Assembly (NCBI GenBank): GCA_030264375.1
Contig: JASCQW010000081.1
Coordinates: forward strand, 93,040,923 to 93,104,922
From: Carcharhinus longimanus
Taxonomy: Eukaryota
DNA length: 64,000 nt
Direction of reading: 5' to 3'
Each line of letters starts with the position of its first letter. The stretch's first letter is position 1. A program made the position numbers and the translations under genes. The notes beneath the pieces were generated by a model. It had not been told where the DNA came from and made no database searches. It saw only the letters and a list, made by a program, of their open reading frames with translations. Below, piece after piece: positions 13,290-24,501 of this stretch.

Positions 13290-14330
13290 CAGTGCAGGTC
13301 TTGGAGAACGTTCGTTTTGTTATGCTCTACCCTTTCCATCGCAGCTCAGATGTTGATGATGGACTAATGTAACTGTGCTATTCCAAAACCATGAAAAACT
13401 TCCCAAAGCTGATGAAACAACGTATCCGTATTGATAAGGGGGTTTGGGAAATCATGTTTGTGTCGTCCCACTAATAGGGACGCAATTTTAAATTGAGTGG
13501 ACACAGATTAATTCCATGCCATAAGTCTCAGGGGAAATGTACCTTATGTGCATCTGGCAGCCCAGTCGACAGGTAATGTTTTATAGGCATTGGAGCCACA
13601 AAGTCAATAGGTCCTGCATGCACACGAGTGTGAACCAGCCGGTGTGGATTTAATAAAGCAAAAGGTAATCAAATTATAGACTAACAAGGAGTTGACTTCA
13701 TGCTACTGAACGGTACAGATTAGGCCGATCTTCAGTGCAAAGAGGGCGGTAAGGTTTTTGCACACTCCCTGAGTCCCACATCCTCAAATAGTGGAAGTGA
13801 TGCTGCTAAATGAGGTGCTGGATGACCAGAGGTGAGAACTGACTCGTCTCGTGGGAGAGATACGTGGCCAGGAGATTCTGCCAGTCCGCATTCCCAAATG
13901 CGGGACATGATGGCAGTGATATTTGAGAACCGGAATCACATTCACTAGTATTGTTGTCAGCAAACTACTGGCAATGACTAAAGTCGGTACTTTCTGCTCT
14001 AGCACTTCCCTTTGAGAAATTCCTCAGGACGCATTGCTTTACTCCTCCCTTTGGTACGATTGTGATTGGCTGCAGCCTCCAAGTTGATACATTTCTAATT
14101 AGGACTAACATTCTCTCCTCGTGCTAAATACTATGAGAAAGGAATGCAAGGGATCTCTGTGATGAGGAGGAGGCGGTAGAAGGGAATTGGCAGAACCAGC
14201 AATTTGTATGCTTCACTTGTGAGGCTATGGCCTGCATTTGCAGAAAAATAGTGTTATTTCCTCAGGCCCCTTTGACACCATGAGGATTCATGGCACTAAT
14301 CAACAGAATTAAATAATGTTCAAACATCAC
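13290..14330 (-). pseudogene. env: ERV env (SU) remnant
   Basis: GNNTIFLQMQAIASQVKHTNCWFCQFP, with the CXXC motif of gamma-type SU at 14190-14201; colinear with ~27785-28830. Confidence 0.75.
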
Positions 14331-14479
14331 TCCAGTACGGAACACAACTTTCAACGCAAAGCATGTATTCATGTTCGCTTCCTTTCAAGCTTCAGTGTTG
14401 TGTGTGTGGTGAGCAGCAATTCCGGTAGGTCCATCCCAGCGCAGTTTGAAACAATTCCTCCGTCATTATGCCATCACTG

Positions 14480-16440
14480 AAATATATTTCCCTGCTGATA
14501 ATCGTCCCATGTCTCGCTGTTGAGTTCCCTTTGGGTTTCGACGACCTGTGAATGAAGATTTTTTTAGTGCAGTGCAGCATCTCTTCAATAATGCTTTCCA
14601 TTTCCACTGCTTTGGGTGTTATGAGGCGCTTATTGCGTGCCTCACAGATCTCCCCATAATGACTTTGTAGGATACTCGTCCGATGGTTCTGTTGGGGCTT
14701 GCTGTCATTATCATCGGTGCAATGGACAAGGCCTCTGGCAATTTTAAACCAGTCTCCCTACACAAATTATCTTTTTTTTTGTCAGAATGTCCTTCAGTTT
14801 TTCTACTGCTGCAATGTATTGTGGCTGATAGATACAGGACAGTCCTTGTATACATTCAAGTCCTTTAATGATCTACTTAACGACATCACCAAAGGTAAAA
14901 TGAGGTCCATTGTCACTTGACATGATGTCAGGTATGCCAAACCTAGACATGGTTTCCCTTAGTAAGACCCTGACTTCCGTTATTGAATCATTTCTTCCTG
15001 TAGGAACTGTTTCTGTCCAGCTGGAAAGTAGATCTACAATTACCAATACTTCATTAAAATTCATGAACTTGAGTATTTGCATACTACCCGTCTGGAAATG
15101 TACGAAACAGCCCCAAGTCTGTGCTTGTAAAGTAGCTTGTAAGCTAGTTCTTTCCCCTTATTAAATTTAAGAAGCTGCGGAATACGAGGCATGTCATGTC
15201 TGTTGCAAAATATGCCCCATTCCCCCCTTTCCTGCATGATTGAAGTGAGGACATGCACGAGCAAGCCAAGGGAGTTGTTTGTCTTGTGGTGACCATGCGG
15301 CCGTCGTGGGGCAACCAAAGACCAGATGGGATTTGATAACAACTGTTGTCAGCACAGGTCAATTTCTCTGTCACATCAACAGTGGCTTGCAGTTGTACGT
15401 CGTCAATCGGCAGATAGCGCCAGCTGAGCAGGTTGCTATTTGTAAACACTGAGCTACCGCTTTCCCGTTGATTCAGATGGCTTCGGATCGAGCTGAATTG
15501 TCAGCTCGAGCTCTTAACAGGGACACATCATCCCGTCCGCGAGTATGAGCGACACATATAATTAATGCAAGAAGGACGGCATTTCTATTGCTTTTGATAT
15601 TTCATTCAATAAGAGATCTACGATCGATTTGTATCTTGGAAGAGGTGAGAACGACACGTAAATTGAGAGCTTGTCAAACTCATGAACGACTCCATGCAAT
15701 AAGCAGACTCTATATAGATAATGACTGCAGCGTTCTCTGGTCAGATGCAGGCCCGTGTGAGAGCGAGAAGCTCAGCCGTCTGTGCAGAGCAGCCGGAGGA
15801 AAAAAATTCCAATTTCTTGGGCAGAGCGTGGATCCGGATTTGAGGCTTCCATCGGCTGCTGTCGTGCCGAGCCATAAGTAGAACATATGAAGCCAGGATT
15901 TGGCAGAGGATAATCTTTCAGATCGTGCCTCAGAGTTTTGATCATTTGTACCACTTGTTCAATGGTATCTGGTCGCTATGACGGAAAGTGTACTATTACA
16001 CCGAAATGTTTGCCCATATAATGTCCTGTACCACATAGTATAACACGGAGGGTGGTACCTCTGTGGGTCTTAAAGAGGCTTTAGGCGACCGGGGATAATT
16101 CGAGTGTCATGTTTAGGTCTTTAGGAACACAGTAAAGGTATGCTGTATGAAACAGAATATGTTAATCGATGTGCGGTTTTGCAATATGTACTTGTTGCCA
16201 CCGCAACCTTTGGGTCATAATAGGTAATAGGTACAGGTGCCAACTTTTAAGTGTTGTTTCAAAATGTGGAAACCTCACCTGGACGACGTTTTTCTGCAGC
16301 AAACCTTGGGTGACTGTTATAGTCTTTGAGAAAGATGCATCATTGTAATCTGTCACCACTATACAGCAAGACTCGTAGGCAAAGTGTGTTCTGTGAGTGG
16401 AAATATATTTCCATAAGTTGTTCAAACAAAACTTGCAAAC
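14480..16440 (-). pseudogene. pol: ERV pol remnant (integrase, RNase H; RT largely missing)
   Basis: Integrase core VLVIVDLLSSWTETVP...RFGIPDIMSSDNGPHF (14873-15082) and LPEALSIAPMIMTASPNRTIGRVSYKVIMGR; RNase H-like YPLPNPGFICSTYGS...SAQ (15772-15954). Many stops and frameshifts. Confidence 0.85.
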
Positions 16441-16740
16441 TAATTGCTCGCGGCATACGGACGAGTGTGCAGCGCAACTTGCACAGTAAATCTCTGCCCA
16501 GAACGTGGATCGGGACATTATTAGAACTTTTATGAAAACCTTACTCTCCTGAATGAATCTGAACGGAAAAGGGGACTCTGTCTGACAATGACACTGAGAG
16601 GGGTTACTGTTCGCCCTACTGCATGAACAGAAGACGTGCGTTTCTGCAAGGTGGAGTAATCGGCGCTTTAAACCGAGTGTAAGATGCCCCTATATCCATC
16701 AGGAAATCCCGAACGTTGACCCTGTTAGTAATTGGAACTA
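16440..16740 (-). pseudogene. ERV protease remnant
   Basis: RDFLMDIGAS (degenerate DTGA) near 16685-16712 and PIHVLGRDLLCKL near 16475-16517. Confidence 0.75.
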
Positions 16741-16899
16741 TTGTTTCCTATGAAATTCGATATTTATCTGCTGTTACTAATTGCGAAAATGCCTGGCAGT
16801 GTCTGGCAGAAAATCTCTTGTCATGGGGTGAACATGAGCCTGAGGACTTGAGCCTAATGCTTAGACAGGATATATGGGCGGGCTGTCCTCAGGGCTGCA

Positions 16900-18372
16900 G
16901 AGACCCCTGATTAATATTGGGTGCATCTCGACAGTTGTAAGAGGCACCAATAGAACCCTGTTCTGTAACCTTTCTGCTCCTCGGCCTCCTCCTCTGCCTG
17001 TTGTGTTTGGACCCGGATATTGTCGCTGAGGCGCTCCCTGAAGGGCAGCGGGACCAACTACCTTTACTTCCATGGATTTTCGTTAGCCCTCTTCCGCTTG
17101 TGTTCAACCTGGCGCTGGCAATGTAAAACATTTATAAATTCTTGCAATGGTTTTGTTATCTATACAATGTAAGTTGTCCTGAACATTTGTTTCATAAGAG
17201 ACTGCAATCCGATTACAATGCCACTCAGAGATTCCGACCCTCCTTGGTCTGGACTAAAGCCAGAATGTTTCACGAATGCACTGTCCACACTTTCCACGTT
17301 ATATCCAACATCCTGGCAGCGTTTTTATACAAAGTGATTAATGTTACGCTAAATAACCGGAGACGGAAATTGATTGAGTAAAGAAGCATGCTATTCAGAC
17401 CACAAAACATAGAGGTAATACTCCCCGATGTCCACATTAGGCTAGTTACACTTCCCTCAATTTGCCTCCACCTGACTGACCCCATACAAGCATCAAGGGC
17501 CACATCAGTATTATGAGATCGTGGGGTCATGAGGCTTTCGCAGAATTTTCAATTTGCTTGTTGTCGTTTGTAAGTTTAATATTTAGGATTAGGCATGGAA
17601 TCGACAATCTCTCTTAATTCTGAGGAGTCCTCGGTTCGAAGACGCGAGCATGGACGCCATCACGTCCACGGAAGCATTCACGGGGTATCTGGTGCGCTGA
17701 CCCTTGGTGTTCCCTAATTGTCTTGCCTCTCTTTCTCACCGCATTTAGAGTAAACCTCTCAGTACTGTGGTAAAGAAGCACTGGGGTAAAAATCAGTGGA
17801 GGTCAACTCATTGGTGGCGCTGAAGGAGCCGGAATCGTTTCAGTAATGGATTCAGTAAAATTGCTGGGTCGAGGAAGGGTAGGGGAGAGCGGAATCCAGT
17901 CACTGTCTTCATTGTCCCCGCCATTTCTTAGTACTTATGTTCTAGAAATCATTATACTCCTGGATCACTACATCTATTTTGGATCGCTCCACGCGCTTTA
18001 GATTGGATCAACCTTTCTCTCCTCATCTTCCTGACTTTTCCTTTCTCTTTCCCTCTGCTTATAGTTTGGATCATATCCACTCCTAAGTCTGGACCTTTCC
18101 TTGCTTTCCTCAGCTTCCTGTCTCCAGCTCATAAAATGTGACCGTCCCACGTTTCTCTTGCCTTGTTGCTCTTTTCCCCTAAAAGATTCTTCCATAAATT
18201 CTATTATATCTTAATTGAACGCTGCATTTGGAGGAAAATAGCCAATTTTCCCCAATGATTATTTCATCCATTTGTTGACATGCGGAGCACTTCCGTATCT
18301 GCAATATATGCACATGTAGGCGACAGGTGTCCCCTTTGGTTGGCAATTTTATCTAGACTCGGAATTTCCCAT
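16900..18372 (-). pseudogene. gag: ERV gag remnant
   Basis: ATG at 18372 gives MGNSES..PKGTPVAYM (myristoylation-type start). A charged region lies at 17998-18195, and an RG-rich stretch plus degenerate knuckle (SYNCR) near 16900-17000, directly upstream of the protease. Confidence 0.65.
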
Positions 18373-18429
18373 TTCCTATTTGCCGGCATATAGAATTTAT
18401 TGATTTTAGTAGACAGTAGTAATGTTCTA

Positions 18430-18710
18430 AGTTTATTTATGAGTCACAAGCCAAGGTTATGCTAAAACTGTAATGAAATCACTGTGAAATCCGTCTAGTC
18501 GCCATACTCTGGCGACTGTTCAGGTCAATGTGAAAAAAACAGCATGACTTTCAGACTGTGGGAAGAAACCAGAACACCTGCTGGAAACCAACGCAGGCAC
18601 GGGTAGAACTCACAAACTTCACACAATCTTTGACCTAAGTCGGGAATCGAAACAGGGTCCCTGGCTATGTGAACTAACCTTGCGAATCATTATGCCACCA
18701 TGCCACCCCA
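18430..18710 (-). mobile_element. V-SINE-type element nested in the ERV leader
   Basis: Minus strand: head GGTGGCATGGTGGCATAATG, B-box TTTCGATTCCC, V-domain GCGTTGGTTTCCAGCAGGTGTTCTGGTTTCTTCCCAC. Confidence 0.75.
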
Positions 18711-19149
18711 ACACGCACGTCGGGCGCTTGTGGATGTTAACACACACGCTGCCCTCCTGGACTTTAACCTGGTTGCCGAAGTCGCGGGGACATTAACCCG
18801 TAAGTCATAAACCCAAATACATAGCTCCTTAGGAATCTAACCATAAAAACGTGCCCTTTGGGATTTTAAACATCCATTTGCAATCTATTTGCACTCCAAT
18901 TCTGCGGCACCACACCATAATTGCGTGTACGCAGTGTGTACGCAGGAGACCACTGGCAGAGAGTCTCATGTAAGGAAATATCCTTACATTATTTGTTATG
19001 CTGGCTGAGTCATAGGCTTATCTAGTGTCGGAACAGTGGTTCAAGGCTTCGCCTAGGGGAGAGGGATTGCCATCTCGGCGGAACTTCCTGAATACTCGGT
19101 GCTTGAAGATAACAGAACGCAACATTCATGAGTGATCGAACGTTTCTCG

Positions 19150-19548
19150 CCTCCTTATCTATAAGGAGAAAATTACAGAATATTGTAATACTTGTCCAGC
19201 CTGCTGAGATGTTTACTGTTAACTTTGTTGCAGGTCATTTCTTACATCTTCAATTAAACATAATTTCTTCAGGCCATGAAAACTGGAAATTTATTTGCAT
19301 ATGATGCAAAAAGGTAGATCCGAAACTATGACTATTTTGTTACGTTCGATCTGTAATGTCAGAATATTAACTGCTGGACTGATGGAATATCCGTTCAGAC
19401 AATGGTCACTTGACCATATCCTTATTACATTTTGGGGGCCATTATCAAAAATACTTAATGATATCTTGTGTCAGGATACTGTTGCTGATGTGCTAATAAT
19501 CTTGGTCCCCTGCTCGACCCTGTCGTGAGTTCAGTCTCCTTTCCCACA
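19150..19548 (-). repeat. ERV 5' LTR
   Basis: Begins TGTGGG on the minus strand where the host monomer resumes. Homologous to 21501-21775 and 26910-27240 (ggtcatttc...aaaggtagacccgagac...aatatca). Confidence 0.7.
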
Positions 19549-20079
19549 GAGAGATGCTAAAATAATAATACCGGTGGATTCTAGGATTGAATTGCCATTT
19601 AATATCAGTTAATGAGGTCTATGTTGTCTCTCCACTTGGATCAAATGCTTACCTCACAATTCTGTCGCGTGAGTGCTACTTGTCACTTGGCAGCACAGGC
19701 ATGAATATCACGAAAACCTGAATTGTGCTTGATAATCTTGAAAAAAACTTGATAATCGCAGACAACTATACCATTTTAATGCAGCCAGTAACCACTAATT
19801 CGTTAAACAATGCAAAATCATATTATCCACGGAAATGGTCAAACAGCGCTGGGCAGTATTTATAGTCAATCATTGTACGAGAGAAAGGAAGGAAGCACCT
19901 AGAAAAAACGCAATAAACACGAGGAAAAGAGAAATGAATGTTACGAGGCTTGATGGAACTAGAGTGCCATACGTATTAGTTTCGCTGATGCCTTAGAAAA
20001 TAAAGGCTTCCGAAATACTAAGGGTGGCATTGAAGGACATTTACAATGTTGGAAACAGAGAGGTAGGAGCAAATGATAC

Positions 20080-20380
20080 ATTCTTATATCAAGATCACTT
20101 ACCAGCCTATTCAAGAACAGCATCTTCCCTGCTGCCGTCAGACGTTTGAATGGAACTACCTCTCATTAAGTTGACCTTTCTCTCCACCCTAAGTATGACT
20201 ATAACACGATATTCTGCACTCTCAAGTTTCATCCTCGATGAACAAAATGCGTTGCCTGAACAGTGCACAGGGAATAATACTTTTCACTTTATAGTAATAA
20301 ATGCGACAATAATCAATCAAACCAAATCAAATTAGATTCAATAATTCTAATTCAATCTAATCCAATCAATTCAACTCAAA
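20080..20380 (+). mobile_element. Rex1/Babar LINE 3' end with (AATC)n-like tail
   Basis: Encodes RSLTSLFKNSIFPAAVRRLN (Rex1 C-terminus), followed by a UTR and a degenerate aatcaa/attcaa tail. Confidence 0.8.
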
Positions 20381-20872
20381 CGTTACCTGATCTTAGATTC
20401 ATTCTGTCTCGGTCTTATCAAATGGATAAATAAAGTGAATATGTAATTCCAAAGATCAAACCGCGCCACAGGACTGGTCAGATTTCAAGCGGTGTTTCCT
20501 TTACCTTCATAAGTAACTCGTAATCTTCTCAGGAAAACATTTCCTACTCAAACATCCATCACTTGGCATTTTAGTGCATAATTGTAATATCTGCACAAAA
20601 TGCTTCACGTCGTTTACAGCACAAATTGAAGCGATGGAAAGCTAATGATAATTAACCTTATCGAATTAACAGGCAGCTGTTTATGTTATGTTGTTCTTTC
20701 ATTTTAGTCTGATAGCAATCGTAGCATGAAATTAGAGACGCCTTTTAAGAAAATATACAAATAATATCCTTCACTCTCTTTATGTTCAGGGGAAGAAACG
20801 GTTTCTAGCGGGAAAAGAATGTGATATAAATTACAAGGCAGTGGTGATCTGCATCCGCGAACAACGTCATGA

Positions 20873-20957
20873 TGTGGAAATGCCGGCGTTGGACTGGGGT
20901 AAACACAGTAAGAAGTCTGACAGAAAGAAACCTGGTGTTGTCAGACTTCTTATTGTC
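20873..20957. mobile_element. Short Penelope-like foldback remnant
   Basis: gccggcgttggactggggtaaacacagtaagaagtctgaca...tgtcagacttcttattg (inverted arms). Confidence 0.6.
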
Positions 20958-21500
20958 TTTCCATGAACAACTGCAGACCATACCATGTACGTACACGCAC
21001 AGTGTTTTTAGTAATGGAGTTTCATGATTTTCACCTACCGAAATTTAAGGCACGACATCAAATTTCAATGTCAGCGTGATTTTGCTAGAGATGCGGCGCG
21101 GGTGTGTGGGGAAGGGCGGTTAAGACTGTAGTGGTATTCTGTTTCTGCAGGTCAACGGCCGTGTGTTTGCAATTTTCATTTGCAATTCTTTTGATGAATT
21201 CCTCCAGAGCATCAATGCAAAATGATACCATTGTATGAGGTTGTGTGATCCCACAGTGTGGTTGGAAATCAAGCAGTCTGCATTCATTTGTGCGCCGTTG
21301 GGGTTGTTGAGAATTGTTATACCGACATCTATCAGGGCAGGGCGAAGATATTATTTTCCTTATTTGAAAGTTGTAGATGGTGTTGATTATTTTTTGGAAA
21401 GGGGCGATTGGGGTAGGAGCTGATTAAAGCGTTACACGCTTCATCGACTCCCATAGACCTGTTGCTCCAGCTACGGTATTTAGATAATGACACAGTTCAC

Positions 21501-21775
21501 TGTGAATACCCTAAGACTCCTCCGGACTGGTCTGCTCAGTTGTTTTCAATTACCTATTTGAGTGGTCATTTCTTTTCCCTTCTTGTAAAGATAACTGCTT
21601 CTGTTGTGCTTCACACACACCGGAAAGTTATTTATAGATGATAGATAAAGGTAGACCCGAGACCACCACTGTTTCGTAATGTCCCATTGGTAATATCATA
21701 TTATTTATTGCTGGACTGGTAGAATGCCCTTTCAAACAATGGTCACTCAATCATACCTTTATTACTTTCTGGAAT
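21501..21775 (-). repeat. Solo/partial LTR of the same ERV family
   Basis: Interrupts a monomer; aligns by eye with 19190-19440 and 26910-27100. Confidence 0.7.
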
Positions 21776-23263
21776 GAAGAACGACACTTGGGATATTGAT
21801 AGTGGTGGAGTCAGCGATTGTCTTGCGATCTAATCTTAAAGCAGATGACTATACATTCTCTACTATTTGAACAAGCCGTTCCCTTCCAATTCAGTGGCGT
21901 GAATACTACTTGAAACTTGGATGTCCAAGCCGGAATGATCAGGAAAAAGTGACTAGTAGATCATAATATTTAAAATATTATATTCACAGACAATTGCACT
22001 GCTTTAGTATCGTGCATGACCGCTCACTCATTGAACAATGCAGCATGCTATCATTGATAGAAATAGAAATGTTCAATAAGGACTGTAAATTGAAGGGATG
22101 GCTCATAGACACATAACTGTTGTGGACGTAATTTTACCAAATTAATGGAAATAATCTGCAAGGTAACTTGAAAATAACACAAAAGCCGACATTCAACAGG
22201 CGGGACAAAATAAGACTAGAGTGCAACATGCATTACTTTTACTGAAACCACAGTTCAGTAACACTCCAACTTATTATGAGTGCAATCGAGGCACACGGAG
22301 AAAACTGGACGAAGAAAGGGAGGACATTCGGACTTGCATTTACCTGAATCCGTGTCCAACATGTCTCCCTCTGCTCAAATGGACAAATAAAATTGATTAA
22401 TCTTTCCAAAGTTGGAGGTGTGCCACAGAACGTTTCAGATTTCTGATGATGGGACATTGTCCATCATCATTAGCCTGCTTTCTTTTCAGGAAGTCAACTT
22501 TCCTGTTCAAACTTCGATTGCTTCTTACCTGAATTTTAAATTCCACTACCTGCAGTAATATGTGTTTAATGTCTTCAAAATTAAATTGAATTAATGGGAA
22601 GATAATAAGAATTAATGATTCCCAATTGAGGGAAAATCGTGTGTTTTCCGGTGTTCTTGCGTTTTTTTTTGGATAACAGTGTGGCACTAAATTATGAATA
22701 TGAACTTTTGTACAAAGAAACACGACCTTGTCCATTGTTTGCATTCATTCATGAGAAGGAGATGTTGTTACCTATATCAGAACGTAATGTGCATCAGATG
22801 GTGGTGGTATATGCTCCCTTGAAACCTGGCATAAAATGCTGTCTACGTACAACCACAGTGCTGTTAGTAAGGGTGTTCTTTGATTTCGACACGACCATTT
22901 TGAAGGTTCAGCAACATATTTCAACGTTGTGCTGGCTTTTACATGGTGGGTGTGGGATGTGGGCGGTGTGGTGGTGAGGTGGTGCGGGGAGAGAGGTGGG
23001 AATTGAAACTTGTAGAGGCATTCCGTTTCTACATGCCCGTGGTCAGCTGTTTCGAATTTGCTATTGGGATCTTCTTCATTAATTCCAGCAGGCGTATTTG
23101 TTACATAATACTGTCATTGCGTAATGTTGGCTTGTGGGGTTGTGGGCGATGGTGGAGAGAGGGGTAGGTCTTTAATGAATTTTTGCTATCAGAATGAGTT
23201 GAGCATCAAGCCTCGTGCGTTCTATTAGATGTCGCTGAGGGTGCTGAATGTTGCAATATCCAT

Positions 23264-23580
23264 CAGATGTTTCCACTAGTAGGACAGTCTTAGGATAAGG
23301 AATAGCAAATTTAAAACAGAGTTGAGGAGAAATAACTTATCCCAAAGCGTTATGAGCCTGTGAAATTCTATATCCAAAATTATGGTTGATGCTGGGACAG
23401 TGAGTAAAGTTGCGGATTTGTTATATAGATTTTTAAATGGCAATGGTTTGAAGGGTTATGGGGAAAAGGCAGGAAACTGGGAAGTGGAGCGGATCAGTCT
23501 AATCGAACGTTGGAGCAGCTTCGATGGGCCGAATGGCCCAATTCCGCTCCTGTATCTTATGAACATTTGAACGTACGAAC
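23264..23580 (+). mobile_element. CR1 LINE 3' fragment
   Basis: FKTELRRN-like C-terminus, aagggttatggggaaaaggcagg UTR, gatgggccgaatggcc stem-loop and tail. Confidence 0.85.
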
Positions 23581-24401
23581 TATCAAAGCAGGACGTGACG
23601 ATTCAATTGAACTCCTTAAATGTACGTTGTAGATGGTGTAACACATCAGAGGCGTCCAAGCTTCTCATCAGCCATTCTAGCCGTTCATGCAGCTGGCACT
23701 GTTCAGTTTCTGTTTAAGATCGATACGAAATTATTGATAACGGCGAATTCAGCGAATTCCGCGATTGCATTGCCATTTTATCTCAAAGTTGACGATCAGA
23801 TAGTTTTTCTCTTGGATATATTTATTGCTTTTCACTGACGTAGCGCGAATTTTACTTGCCACTTGTCAGCCCAAACGGAGAAAGTCAGAAGAAATTGAAC
23901 TTCGGCTGGTATAATTGAAAATCTTGATAATCTTCGGCAAATACATCACTTCACTTCAGTGTGCCACCGCTCGCTCATTAAATAATTCAAAATCATATTA
24001 TTAACAGAAATGATCAATCATGACTTTTTAATAAATAAAATCGATTGATTCAAGCATTTGCAAATTGAACAGATGGACCAATGAAGCCCAATGACTGGAA
24101 GGATCATTCGATAAATAAATTGAAAGAAGCGCGAAGAAAAAAAAAATGAAGTACACGCACACATTCACTTTCAGACGCATTGTTTTTACCTCAAACACCC
24201 TAAAAGTTAACCAAGTGTCCAAATGGAGCTTAAGGAACGATCTATCGTTTGTTAATATTCGCGAGTTAAGGGATGATCGTCGTGAAAGAAAGGGTCGGGG
24301 TATCCGGAAGGGTTGTAAAATTTTTAAAAGGGTTGAAGAATACAGTCGAAATCGCACGTGTCCGCGACGCTCGGCCATCTGGTGGCAGAAATCAGGTAAA
24401 A

Positions 24402-24501
24402 NNNNNNNNNNNNNNNNNNNNNNNNNNNNNNNNNNNNNNNNNNNNNNNNNNNNNNNNNNNNNNNNNNNNNNNNNNNNNNNNNNNNNNNNNNNNNNNNNNN
24501 N
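24402..24501. other. Assembly gap (100 N); other gaps at 40061-40427, 43052-43238, 46715-46814, 55450-55468 and 60203-60302
   Basis: Runs of N. Confidence 1.

Larger units (their letters stand above)
13290..19548 (-). mobile_element. Degenerate class I (gamma/epsilon-like) endogenous retrovirus: 5' LTR-gag-pro-pol-env, 3' truncated
   Basis: Ordered remnants on the minus strand: LTR (~19150-19548), Gag MGNSES, protease FLMDIGA and VLGRDLLCKL, RNase H, integrase, Env CWFC. Confidence 0.88.

Noticed and set aside
18900-19150. ERV primer-binding site
   Set aside because: I could not identify a convincing TGG-initiated tRNA 3' complement.
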